From Nitrosopumilaceae archaeon (lineage in GTDB: Archaea > Thermoproteota > Nitrososphaeria > Nitrososphaerales > Nitrosopumilaceae): a DNA stretch of 64,000 nt. Below, piece by piece: positions 19,481 through 28,824 of the stretch. The DNA is taken from positions 384,001 to 448,000 of the forward strand of contig OZ242274.1 in the NCBI GenBank assembly GCA_965207375.1, read 5' to 3'. The notes below the pieces were generated by a model. The model was not told the DNA's origin and did not search any database. It saw nothing but the letters and a program-made list of their open reading frames with translations. The stretch's first letter is position 1; each line of letters opens with the position of its first letter. The position numbers and the translations under genes are program-made.

Positions 19481-20557
19481 GTGGAGAAAAAAAGAGTAGC
19501 AATAATAGGCGTAACGGGTTCTGTAGGACAAGAATTTGTGCAATCACTAGAGAATCACCCATGGTTTGAGGTAACTCAGATTGCAGCATCTGAGCGTTCT
19601 GCAGGAAAAAACTATCTAGATGCAATCAGAGATACAGGTGGAATTATCATGTGGAATGTAGGAGGTCAAATCCCAGAATATATCAAATCAATGAACGTCA
19701 GGATAGTTGATGAACTTGACCCATCACAGCTGGACCTAGTATTTTCTGCAGTGGAATCTGTGGCAGCACGTGACATTGAGACCAAAATGGCTGCACATCT
19801 GCCAGTAATTTCAACTAGTTCTGCCTACAGATATGAAGATGACGTTCCAATTTTAATTCCAGGAATTAATGATGAACAGTCTGAATTATTGGAAACTCAA
19901 AAGAAAAACCGCAACTGGAAGGGTTGGGTTGCACCACTGCCTAACTGCACTACTACAGGATTGGCAATTACTCTAAAGCCATTACTTGAAAAATATGGTG
20001 CAAAAAAGGTAATGATGACCTCAATGCAAGCAATTTCAGGAGGAGGAAAGTCAGGAGTATCTGCAATGGGAATTACAGACAATATATTGCCGTTTATTCC
20101 AAAGGAGGAAGGCAAGGTAAAACTAGAAACAAGAAAAATCCTAGGCAAGTTAAAGGATGGCAAGATACAGGATGCAGACATAAGAGTCAGCTGTACATGT
20201 ACCAGAGTACCCGTAATTGACGGACATACCGAATCAGTCTTTGTCGAAACCGAACAGGAAATTGATCCTGCAAAGGCAAAGGAGTTGTACAATAATTACA
20301 ACAAAGAAATCTCAGTTGAGGGTTTGCCTTCTGCTCCAAAAGAATACTATGCGTTTCATGAGGATCCAACTAGGCCTCAACCAAGAATGGAGCGCGAGGT
20401 AGGTGATGGTATGACTACAACAATTGGCAGGGTTGAAAAGGAAGAGTTATTTGATAACGGACTAAAGTACATGTTGTTTTCTCATAACAAAAAGATGGGC
20501 TCTGCAAAGGGTGCAGTTTTGCTAGCAGAGATGCTATACAAAAAAGGCAAAATCTAG
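19481..20557 (+). CDS. asd: aspartate-semialdehyde dehydrogenase
   Basis: IIGVTGSVG, AASERSAGK, PNCTT, QAISGGG, RVPVIDGH, SHN. Confidence 0.9.
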   Translation: MEKKRVAIIGVTGSVGQEFVQSLENHPWFEVTQIAASERSAGKNYLDAIRDTGGIIMWNVGGQIPEYIKSMNVRIVDELDPSQLDLVFSAVESVAARDIETKMAAHLPVISTSSAYRYEDDVPILIPGINDEQSELLETQKKNRNWKGWVAPLPNCTTTGLAITLKPLLEKYGAKKVMMTSMQAISGGGKSGVSAMGITDNILPFIPKEEGKVKLETRKILGKLKDGKIQDADIRVSCTCTRVPVIDGHTESVFVETEQEIDPAKAKELYNNYNKEISVEGLPSAPKEYYAFHEDPTRPQPRMEREVGDGMTTTIGRVEKEELFDNGLKYMLFSHNKKMGSAKGAVLLAEMLYKKGKI

Positions 20558-20727
20558 AGACTCTGGCAAACTCTTGTTTTAGAGTTTTGCAGAATCACCT
20601 CTAAATTCATGTTCAATTGAGATTGTATGAAAATCAGACACGTATAATTTTAAAAAATGCAGGCAGCAAACAGTACAAGACGAATTGTACGGACAATACT
20701 AGATTTTAGCTATATTTTAGTGGATTT

Positions 20728-20742
20728 TTGTAATTTTTACAA
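20728..20742. promoter_or_regulatory. candidate Lrp operator TTGTAATTTTTACAA just upstream of the TATA element
   Basis: Semi-palindrome fits TTGYAWWWWWTRCAA; CTTATAAG follows within 10 bp; upstream of the Lrp gene. Confidence 0.45.
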
Positions 20743-20790
20743 TAGTAAACTTATAAGTTCTAAAAATCTATATGGGATCGATAGTTTAGC

Positions 20791-21255
20791 ATGGCAAGAG
20801 TCGACGATCTAGATTTGATGATTTTATCAGAACTTAGCAATGATGCTTCAATTTCTGTTCCGAAACTATCTAAAAAAATCAAGGTAAATTCCTCAGTTGT
20901 ATATTCTAGAATAAAGAGACTAATCAAACGAAAACTAATTGAGCGTTTCACTATTGTCGTAAATGATTTGGAGTTAGGCTATGCTGTAAAGTCACTGACC
21001 GGAGTCAACGTGGACTCGAAAAAGCGTGACAGTATCATTGAGGAATTATTCAGCATAGAAGGTGTTCGCGAAATTGCCGAGGTTACAGGAAGGTTTGATA
21101 TTTTGGTTACAATGTATGCCAAAAGTCTAGATGAGATGCACGGATTGGTGTCTGAAAAAATTGGGAGGATTGATGGAATATTGTCTTCTGAGAGTTTTAT
21201 TGAAATGAAAACCCGTGAAAAGGTAATGCCTTACATGCCCTCAAAGGAGAAATAG
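20791..21255 (+). CDS. Lrp/AsnC family transcriptional regulator
   Basis: DDLDLMILSEL..DA, VYSRIKRL, EVTGRFDI. Confidence 0.93.
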   Translation: MARVDDLDLMILSELSNDASISVPKLSKKIKVNSSVVYSRIKRLIKRKLIERFTIVVNDLELGYAVKSLTGVNVDSKKRDSIIEELFSIEGVREIAEVTGRFDILVTMYAKSLDEMHGLVSEKIGRIDGILSSESFIEMKTREKVMPYMPSKEK

Positions 21256-21258
21256 ATT

Positions 21259-22191
21259 TTGCAGAAACAAAAAACACAATCACGTGTTTCAGTATACTAT
21301 GAACTAACAAAGCCCAAGATTTGGTATCTTTTGGTATTTACCGCATTTGGGGCCACATTGACTGCCTCCAACATTTACGACATAGAGGTGTCTTTGGCCA
21401 CATGGGCCCTGATGTTGTTTTCTGTGGCTGCAGGTTCTGCTGCTGCAAATACACTGACAAACTATCACGACAGAGACATTGATGCCATAATGGAGAGAAC
21501 CAAAGACCGTCCCCTTCCCTCAAAGAGAATATTTCCAGCTACGAAGGGACGAAACTTTGGATATGTTCTGGCAGCGGCGTCTTTGGTTTTAGCATATAGT
21601 ATTTCATTTACCACCACAGTAGAGCAGGGCCTATGGGCTACTGCCTTTATCGCATTTGGCCTTTTCAACAATATCGTAATCTATTCGTATGTTCTAAAAA
21701 GAAACTCGCGAACCAATATTATTTTAGGTGGTTTATGTGGAGGCTCTCCTCCTTTGATCGGATGGGTGGCAGTAACTGTAACTGATTTGTGGACCATGGG
21801 ACTAGTCATGGCAGGTCTTGTGTTTATCTGGATTCCTCTGCACATTTGGAGTTTAACGATGCACTTTAAGGAGGATTACAACAAGGTAAACGTTCCAATG
21901 CTGACAGCAGTCCAGTCTGAAAAGACCTCAGCTAGGATAGTTGCAGCATCTACTGTGGCAATGGTGCTGTTTAGTATAGTTCCATTCTTTTTGAGCGCAG
22001 ATGACGGCCTGCCAATGACTGGATTGATTTATCTGGCAACAGCAATTGCATCAGGTGCCCTGATGATTGCCTTATCTGCCTGGGTCGTAGCAAAGCCTAC
22101 TGAGAGGGCATCATGGACACTATTCAAATTCTCTAGTCCCTACTTGGCAGTGCTGTTTATTGCATTAATGGTAGATGCAGGCTTTAGATGA
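21259..22191 (+). CDS. ctaB: heme o synthase (protoheme IX farnesyltransferase)
   Basis: ELTKPKI, DRDIDAIMERTKDRPLPS, YSYVLKR, WIPLHIW, EDY...VPML. Confidence 0.93.
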   Translation: MQKQKTQSRVSVYYELTKPKIWYLLVFTAFGATLTASNIYDIEVSLATWALMLFSVAAGSAAANTLTNYHDRDIDAIMERTKDRPLPSKRIFPATKGRNFGYVLAAASLVLAYSISFTTTVEQGLWATAFIAFGLFNNIVIYSYVLKRNSRTNIILGGLCGGSPPLIGWVAVTVTDLWTMGLVMAGLVFIWIPLHIWSLTMHFKEDYNKVNVPMLTAVQSEKTSARIVAASTVAMVLFSIVPFFLSADDGLPMTGLIYLATAIASGALMIALSAWVVAKPTERASWTLFKFSSPYLAVLFIALMVDAGFR

Positions 22192-22580
22192 TTGAATCAA
22201 TTTTTGACAAAGTAGCTAGACTGAATCTGGATTTGCGAAGCACTGTAATTTTGATACAGGCAGAAGTAGAGTATCACGTAAATCAAATAATGCTTAAAAA
22301 ATTCAGAACCGATTCATTTGAATCCCAGCGTATGAATTCAAAGATAATTGCACTATACGATACGGGAATAATTGACGGCACCTTGCGACAGGATTTAATC
22401 CAAATTGCCCGAATCAGACACATGTTTGCACATAATTTGACCGTAAAGGAGACCGAATTTGTAGCCATGCTCAAAAAAATCAAGAGAAAAAAAGATTCAG
22501 GTTCTACGCCGCGTGCAAAATTTCTAGCAGCGGTAAAACACAGCTATGAACTAATTAAGGAAAAAAATGCTGGTATGTAA
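22188..22580 (+). CDS. MtlR/HEPN-like helical protein
   Basis: DLRSTVIL...KIIALY..GII...DL..IARIRHMFAH (Rx4H motif). Confidence 0.55.
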   Translation: MIESIFDKVARLNLDLRSTVILIQAEVEYHVNQIMLKKFRTDSFESQRMNSKIIALYDTGIIDGTLRQDLIQIARIRHMFAHNLTVKETEFVAMLKKIKRKKDSGSTPRAKFLAAVKHSYELIKEKNAGM

Positions 22581-22581
22581 T

Positions 22582-22878
22582 ATGGGATTTTTCTCAAACT
22601 TCAAAAAGAAAGTAGAGGATGCCAAGAAGGAGAAGATGGCACAGATTAATGGAGGACATCTCAAAAAATTATTGAAAAAATTTGCACAAGAGCGAGATAG
22701 AATAGAGAAAGAGACAGGAAAGAGACCTCAAATTGATGAATACACGCAGATGTATATGCAAAAGGTGCTAAACGTCTGGATTGAACAGGGGTTAAAAATA
22801 GATGAGGAAAAATTCTGGCACGAGGTGGACTATAATCGGCAGTTTGATCATCCCGTACAATACTATGAGCAAAGCTAA
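22582..22878 (+). CDS. hypothetical protein
   Basis: MGFFSNFKKK..., charged 98-aa ORF. Confidence 0.6.
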   Translation: MGFFSNFKKKVEDAKKEKMAQINGGHLKKLLKKFAQERDRIEKETGKRPQIDEYTQMYMQKVLNVWIEQGLKIDEEKFWHEVDYNRQFDHPVQYYEQS

Positions 22879-23006
22879 AAAAAATCTGTTTGAGGAAAGT
22901 ATTTTTCCTGTAAATTCGAGAATTAGCCCAATGACTGTCGTTGAAATTCAGACTAACATCAAGATCTTCTTTGGTAACAAGTTACAAAAAATCTTGCAGG
23001 CACAAT

Positions 23007-23104
23007 TGACTTTATGCACAATTGACTAATTCGAAATAAAATTTTTGAATTTGAGGCTAAAAAATGAGCATTTTTAATTCAAAATTCAATTATGCATAAG
23101 ATCT
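23007..23104. mobile_element. 98-bp MITE derived from the IS5 element at 6387-7900
   Basis: Ends match the IS TIR at 17/20 and 16/20; flanked by a 3-bp duplication AAT (23004-23006, 23105-23107). Confidence 0.8.
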
Positions 23105-23145
23105 AATGTAGAACACAGTCTTGACTATACATACCAAAAGAACTT

Positions 23146-23484
23146 ATGGTCAAAGAGCCATATGAGAAATACTTGACAAAATATCACAAAGCAGTAAGAG
23201 ACAAAATTCCAGAGATCATAAAAGAATCAGGGAAAAGCTGCACCGTAAAGACAATATCAGATGAAGAGTTTTTAGCAGAGCTTGAAAAAAAATTAGGCGA
23301 AGAGTTAAAAGAATATCTCGACAGCAAAGCCACAGAGGAGCTTGTAGATATAATGGAGGTAGTGTATAGGATTGCAGATTTGAGAGGCACAGATACAGAT
23401 TCATTAGAAAAGGCAAGAATTGAAAAAAATAAAATGCGTGGGGCATTTGAAAATAATCTGTTTTTAATAGATGTACAAGACTGA
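23146..23484 (+). CDS. MazG-like nucleoside triphosphate pyrophosphohydrolase
   Basis: YHKAVRDKIPEII, KLGEELKEY, EELVDIMEV, R..K...RGAF. Confidence 0.85.
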   Translation: MVKEPYEKYLTKYHKAVRDKIPEIIKESGKSCTVKTISDEEFLAELEKKLGEELKEYLDSKATEELVDIMEVVYRIADLRGTDTDSLEKARIEKNKMRGAFENNLFLIDVQD

Positions 23485-23727
23485 AATGACATCAAGTGAT
23501 TTTATTTAATCACGGTATAGATTACAAAAAGTCAGGCAGTTAATGAGAGATATCAGGAAATGACGACAGTGATTTTTGTAAAACACACATGAAGATGTAA
23601 AACATTATAGAAAGATCATGTAAAATGCAAGAGTTTGAATTTGCATATTGCTGACACAACTAAAAATGTGCCATAGTTTTTCTAATTTGTAAGCTTTACA
23701 GGTGATAGTTTGATCTAACAGTTTACA

Positions 23728-25125
23728 CTATGGCATGTTCTTTGTGTTAAACCCGTATTCCTGGCATACATTATAGTGGTGTTGTATCTCTGTTTCCCAA
23801 CCGCGTTTTGTGTCTATTATCTGCAAGGAATGATCCAATAATCGTATACGATTTCGGTACGTGGTATTTCGCCTGATAAGCTCATGTTGAAATTCTGTCT
23901 GCGCAAGCGAGTTGCTTTTTTTGGAGTTGCATTCTCTGCATGCTAGAACTAGATTCCATGCCTCATCCTCAAATATGTACGACCATGGCAGAAAATGATC
24001 AACATCTATGTATCCTCGTTCTAGTCTGGTACAGCAATAAAAGCAGTGATCGGTGTGGTGCATGTAGGCGTTCATGTATTTTGACAGGCTTGTGCGTTTG
24101 ATTCGCTGATTGTCAATTTTTGCTACCAGTCTAGGCAAGGAGCCGTTTATTCGTTCAAGAAACTTTGACCATTCACAAAGAACCGCCATTGACAATATGG
24201 CATTGTTGTTCCTGAGAAATTCAAATGCTTTGGGCCTCAGGGTTAGAAATTTTTTGTTATCGTCATAATCGTAAAACACATCATTTAGCTCCGAGTATCT
24301 GCCCACCTTTATTTTCTGAAATCTTGGTACGACCAGAGACGTTTTTGATTTTTCATTACCAAAAACTTTTTTGAGTATGTCCTTTTGCACACGTACCTTT
24401 TTGTCTTGACTTGCATGTGTAAAGTCTACAGGTTGGGGGTCGGTAAACACCTTGCGAATTGCAGAGATGACCTTTGGAGTACTTTTTGTCTTAAAGTCCT
24501 GTTTTATTTTGAATCTGCACTCTTGATTCCAATAATATTGGAGAAATTTTTCTGCAAGATAGTCATAAGATACCACAAGTGCCGCCTCATTATCAAAGCG
24601 AGTATCCCTACAGTGTTCAAGCAATGCGCGAGCCAATGCAAACTTGTATGTATTGTCCTTGCGGCCTTGTGTAATAATTGATACAAACGTCTTTTTCAGA
24701 CTGTCATTAAACGACTGATTTGAGGATGGTTTTATTTTGAGGATATCTGTCATTACTGCAGGTTTTTGGACCGGTGTGCCAGGAGACTCGAGTCTAAAGA
24801 TTCCGATTCTCTTTGTGTCCTGCCAGTCTACTATGATTTTTTTTCTTCGCAGCTTTGCAATTTCCTGATCCACTGCATTGTAAAAATCAGCAGATGTTCT
24901 TTGTGGACCCCAATATTTTTTGTTCAGTTTCAGTTCAGATGCCACAAATACTATCAGATCCTGTCTTCTGTGCCAGACAGGCAGGTCATAATACGGCAGT
25001 ACAGGATTGTCTGCAATGTGTCTTTTGATCTGTCCTTCTAATTGAGGTATGGTTTGACCTCGGTTACTTAGGGCAGATAGTATGAATGGTCCGATATATT
25101 TGCGAATATCATTGACAGACATCAC
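23728..25125 (-). CDS. HNH endonuclease with N-terminal DNA-binding domains (type IV restriction-like)
   Basis: CFYC...VDHFLPWS...NLVLACRECNSKKSN; middle TYKFALARAL/FLQYYW block; wHTH-like N-terminus. Confidence 0.8.
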   Translation of the reverse strand: MMSVNDIRKYIGPFILSALSNRGQTIPQLEGQIKRHIADNPVLPYYDLPVWHRRQDLIVFVASELKLNKKYWGPQRTSADFYNAVDQEIAKLRRKKIIVDWQDTKRIGIFRLESPGTPVQKPAVMTDILKIKPSSNQSFNDSLKKTFVSIITQGRKDNTYKFALARALLEHCRDTRFDNEAALVVSYDYLAEKFLQYYWNQECRFKIKQDFKTKSTPKVISAIRKVFTDPQPVDFTHASQDKKVRVQKDILKKVFGNEKSKTSLVVPRFQKIKVGRYSELNDVFYDYDDNKKFLTLRPKAFEFLRNNNAILSMAVLCEWSKFLERINGSLPRLVAKIDNQRIKRTSLSKYMNAYMHHTDHCFYCCTRLERGYIDVDHFLPWSYIFEDEAWNLVLACRECNSKKSNSLAQTEFQHELIRRNTTYRNRIRLLDHSLQIIDTKRGWETEIQHHYNVCQEYGFNTKNMP

Positions 25126-25271
25126 AATAGGATTAATTGGGATTTATTTTATCTTTGATGTGTCTGGATTCTAAATTATGCCAGATTTGGGTAGTGTATG
25201 TAACAAATTATTTTCTGGTCTTGGAGGCAGTACAGGGAAAATAGTATGAGATGATTTTGATGCATGTATGT

Positions 25272-25589
25272 TTATGATTCAGACAGATGAGAATTTTTTG
25301 CTGTGTTGTTGATTTTATCATTTATTAGCCTGAATAATTTTGCTAGTTTTGATAAAGCCAATTGTATTCTGATTTTATCAATGTCTTCAGTGTTTGTAAA
25401 ACGAAACTTTTGCTTGCGTGTTTGCTTTACGGATTCGCGCAAATCTTCAAGTTCTTGCATGCTCATAGAATCAACACCGTCAAAATATGGAATCAGTTTT
25501 GTATCGATTTTGTGTTCAAGTTTGACATACTCCATATTGCAAAGCTCCCAATATGATACTCCAATGTAGGGGATTTGCTCATCACTCAA
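25272..25589 (-). CDS. hypothetical protein
   Basis: 105-aa ORF starting 1 bp after the cupredoxin stop. Confidence 0.55.
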   Translation of the reverse strand: MSDEQIPYIGVSYWELCNMEYVKLEHKIDTKLIPYFDGVDSMSMQELEDLRESVKQTRKQKFRFTNTEDIDKIRIQLALSKLAKLFRLINDKINNTAKNSHLSES

Positions 25590-25590
25590 T

Positions 25591-26070
25591 CTATGATACT
25601 GTAATTGCTCCTGTCATCCAAGGATGTAGTATACAAAAGTAAGGATACACACCTGCGTACTCAAATGTGTGGGAATATACACTTCCTGGCTCGATAATTT
25701 TTGAATCAAATCCATTTGGATACTCAGTTCCTATGACTGAATTGTTCTCTGTAAGATTTCCTGTAGTGACAGTGTGTAGTGTATAATCATTAATCCAGTT
25801 AACCGTATGTCCTACACCAATGCTAACCTCTGTTGGTAGAAAACATTGACTAGTCGTCTCACATCCAGGAACATCTGAAACATTGGCTATGGTGACATTG
25901 ACACTAGTTGAATCTGGTTCATCCATAGTCTGAATTTTTTCCATGTTCAAAGTTGCTGTGTCTTTTGTAAAGTCTAGTATATTTCCTGCCTCGATATCTA
26001 CAAAAATCATAACTAAATTTATGGCTATCAAAAAACCCATTGCAGTAATTATGCCGATAATAAATTTCAT
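25591..26070 (-). CDS. membrane-anchored plastocyanin/cupredoxin (type 1 copper)
   Basis: N-terminal TM, PGCETTSQCF, HTVT, YPYFCILHPWM. Confidence 0.9.
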   Translation of the reverse strand: MKFIIGIITAMGFLIAINLVMIFVDIEAGNILDFTKDTATLNMEKIQTMDEPDSTSVNVTIANVSDVPGCETTSQCFLPTEVSIGVGHTVNWINDYTLHTVTTGNLTENNSVIGTEYPNGFDSKIIEPGSVYSHTFEYAGVYPYFCILHPWMTGAITVS

Positions 26071-26112
26071 CTGATTTGGAATCTAGCCGTGGGGATTGAT
26101 AAAGCTTTTATT

Positions 26113-26217
26113 TTAGCGCCATCTCTGCCAATGACAATCACAATTACATCCTGGTCTGCATCTTACTCTTTTGCAGTCAGAGCAAACATTTGATCTCCAA
26201 ACAGGAGCTGTATTCAT
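26113..26217 (-). CDS. 34-aa Cys-rich micro-protein (not in ORF track)
   Basis: MNTAPVWRSNVCSDCKRVRCRPGCNCDCHWQRWR*; fills the gap between co-oriented genes. Confidence 0.55.
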   Translation of the reverse strand: MNTAPVWRSNVCSDCKRVRCRPGCNCDCHWQRWR

Positions 26218-26267
26218 GATACCAGTATACAGAACTAGGCAATATGTTTAGCTTGAGGTGATGTACA

Positions 26268-28523
26268 TTACATCTTTCCGATCTTGTGCATTTTAGTATC
26301 ACATATAGAACAGGTGCCCCTTACTGCAGGTTTGTCGTTTTTCATTGTGGTAGATTCGGGATTTGCCATTTCCTGTTTGGAGCGACACCGGACACAATAG
26401 CCAATGACAGTCACATCTGATTGTTTATTTTCTAGATCGGCTATTTGTTTTTCTAATTTTTTGATTCTTTGTATTTGTGCTTTTGTTGGAGGATCATCTG
26501 CGTTGGTGTTTCCAATCTTGAACATGTTGGTTCCACAGACGTGACATGTTCCCTTTATTGCACCACGTCCATTTTTCATTGTGGTAGATTCGGGATTTGA
26601 CATGTTTTGTTTTTGTTTGCACTTTACACAGTAAGCAATAACATCAGAGACTTTTTGTTTTTCTTCAAGTTCTGCAATTTTTCTTTCAAGCTCTTTGACT
26701 AGTGCAATTTGTTCAGGGGTGGGTTCCTGTGCATCGATTATCCTCTTTTCAATTGCATTTAGTTTGTCCATTTGTCTGCGTAATTTTTCAATTAATATAG
26801 ATTCCACATCTACATCTGCGATTTCGCCGATCTGCTCTTCTAGCTTTTCTAGTTGTTCAATTTGTTGTTTGGATGTTTGCTCAAACTTTTCAATGATTTT
26901 ATCTGTTGTTTCTGGCTCAGTTTTTGATGCAACTGCTATAGTCTCTAATTCTTTGACTTGATTTGTTAATTCTGAAATCTTTTCATACTGTTTAGCTAAA
27001 TCATCGTCGTGTTTGGTAACAGCAGGCTCGGGTTCTATATCTTGAGGTTGTGATTTTTCAAATGGGATGTCAACTTGGCTGGTTGCAGGTAGTGCAGCGT
27101 GCGGAGATTCAGGCTCGGCCTCGGTAGGTTTTGTTAATACATCCGGCGGTACTAATTGCTCTACAGTATCGTCCTCAATTGTTTCACTCTGTTGGATAAC
27201 TTCTTCTAGCTGCTTTTCTAATTCGTCAAATCTTGCCAATTGTTCGGGAGTTGGGTCTTTATCTTCGTCATCATCATCAAAGTCCATTACATCTCCTTCA
27301 GAGTTTGTAATTTCAGCATCTGTGGCTTTAGGAGGCTGTTGCTGTTCAAACGGCACATCAATTTCTCCTGTTGCAGGCAAAGTTCCATGAGGAGAGGATG
27401 ATGATTTTTCTGTAACTTTGGCAGGTTCTGACTCTGGAGTCACATCATCTACAATTTGTCTAAATTCAGTCTCACTAATTCCAACTGCCTGATACATGGT
27501 ATATTCAGGATAATTTCGATTGAACCATTCTTTGTATTTGGGTTCATTTATGAATCGTTTAACATAATACTGTACATCTTTTGTGGGATCTACAAAGCTC
27601 AAAATTCTAGTTTCTGGTTCAGGCTCTACAGTTTTCTCAAGTTGTGCTTTCTTGGGAGGTGCATCAGCTTTGTCTACAGGCAGTGTGTCTTGAGATTCAG
27701 GCTTTATAGAATCAGCTGGTGCTTCTTTGGGTTGTGATTTTTCAAATAGGATATCAACTTGTCCGGTTGCAGGCAGTGCCGAGTGTGGCGATGTTGTAGA
27801 TTTGGGGGATTTTACAGCTTTGTGTTTTTGCTGCCTAGCCTGTTTTTTGAGGATTTCATCCTGTATAGCCTGCTCCTTTGCAGCTTGTCTTGCAAGATCT
27901 TCTTGCTTTCTTTGTTCTTCTAATCGCTTGAGATAGTCTTTCTCATAAATTTCGAAAAGATCTTGTTTTGATTTTGATTCTGTAACTTTGGCCGGTTCAG
28001 GTGGCGATATATCATCTGGAGGAGCAAGTTCAGGTTGTATGTCTTCAAATGGAATGTTGATTTCTCCGGGAGCAGGTAATGCATCACGAATTAATTTGGG
28101 TACGTCTGGTGCAGGTTCAGGTTCTGGCTCAGGTGTAGGTATTTCAGGTTTTGGGATCTCAATGTTAGTTTTTTTTTCACTTGGTGTTGTGTCACTTATC
28201 GGAGGTTGTTTTTTTTTATTGTAATCAATACTTGAAAGCTCACCCAAATTATCCAAGTTTACGCGGTTCTTGTCGATTCGAAGATACGGGTTTCCATCTA
28301 CAGAATACAGATTTACCTTTTGTCCTAGTGTACAAGAGTCAGATGTCTTGAAAATTGTGACAAAGGTCTTGCCTTTTCTGATATTGTGAGTTATAGTTAG
28401 TTTGTCCATTAATTGTTCTGGACCCATTACACCGTCTAGATCCTCATGTACCTCGACTTCTATGATATGCCGGTTTTGGTTGTATGATACTGCTGAAATT
28501 AAATAATCAGCCCATTTTGTCAT
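26268..28523 (-). CDS. multidomain protein: DUF3892-like N-terminus, Pro/acidic repeats, coiled coils, two DUF5679-like zinc ribbons
   Basis: WADYLISAV...DNLGEL; 4x ALPATG.(V/I)DIPFE; 2x YCV(K/R)C...NPESTTMKN...GTC..C. Confidence 0.75.
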   Translation of the reverse strand: MTKWADYLISAVSYNQNRHIIEVEVHEDLDGVMGPEQLMDKLTITHNIRKGKTFVTIFKTSDSCTLGQKVNLYSVDGNPYLRIDKNRVNLDNLGELSSIDYNKKKQPPISDTTPSEKKTNIEIPKPEIPTPEPEPEPAPDVPKLIRDALPAPGEINIPFEDIQPELAPPDDISPPEPAKVTESKSKQDLFEIYEKDYLKRLEEQRKQEDLARQAAKEQAIQDEILKKQARQQKHKAVKSPKSTTSPHSALPATGQVDILFEKSQPKEAPADSIKPESQDTLPVDKADAPPKKAQLEKTVEPEPETRILSFVDPTKDVQYYVKRFINEPKYKEWFNRNYPEYTMYQAVGISETEFRQIVDDVTPESEPAKVTEKSSSSPHGTLPATGEIDVPFEQQQPPKATDAEITNSEGDVMDFDDDDEDKDPTPEQLARFDELEKQLEEVIQQSETIEDDTVEQLVPPDVLTKPTEAEPESPHAALPATSQVDIPFEKSQPQDIEPEPAVTKHDDDLAKQYEKISELTNQVKELETIAVASKTEPETTDKIIEKFEQTSKQQIEQLEKLEEQIGEIADVDVESILIEKLRRQMDKLNAIEKRIIDAQEPTPEQIALVKELERKIAELEEKQKVSDVIAYCVKCKQKQNMSNPESTTMKNGRGAIKGTCHVCGTNMFKIGNTNADDPPTKAQIQRIKKLEKQIADLENKQSDVTVIGYCVRCRSKQEMANPESTTMKNDKPAVRGTCSICDTKMHKIGKM

Positions 28524-28824
28524 TTAAAATTTAGGCAATAAAGTAGTAAATAAGCGCTAATGTCCACAGAGAGAATCGGTGAGGAATTTTGCATGATTTT
28601 GTGCATGTAAAGTTCACTCTGATTGGAAAAATTAGAAAATAGAGCAACGAGTTGACCTTGCAAAGTTGCATGTGTAAAAATATCAAAATCTATGAATTGT
28701 ACATCCAATTCATACCACCATGATATTCCAAAAAATCTAACAGTTACAAAGCAGATTTTGCCATAAAGCAGCAGATCCCCGTATAACGCAAAGCTATAAT
28801 TCAGTATCAATCTGTGACAAATTA

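Noticed and set aside
19481-20557. Alternative call as Sulfolobales-type malonyl-/succinyl-CoA reductase (Asd paralogue)
   Set aside because: Cannot be distinguished by eye; asd is the simpler call for this lineage
20556-20602. Imperfect hairpin after asd whose right arm ends GAATCACCTCT like the second IS5 TIR
   Set aside because: Left arm does not match the TIR and there is no TSD; could be a terminator-like hairpin or chance
28691-28714. 9-bp stem TATGAATTG/CAATTCATA in a divergent spacer
   Set aside because: Single AT-rich occurrence with no supporting copies
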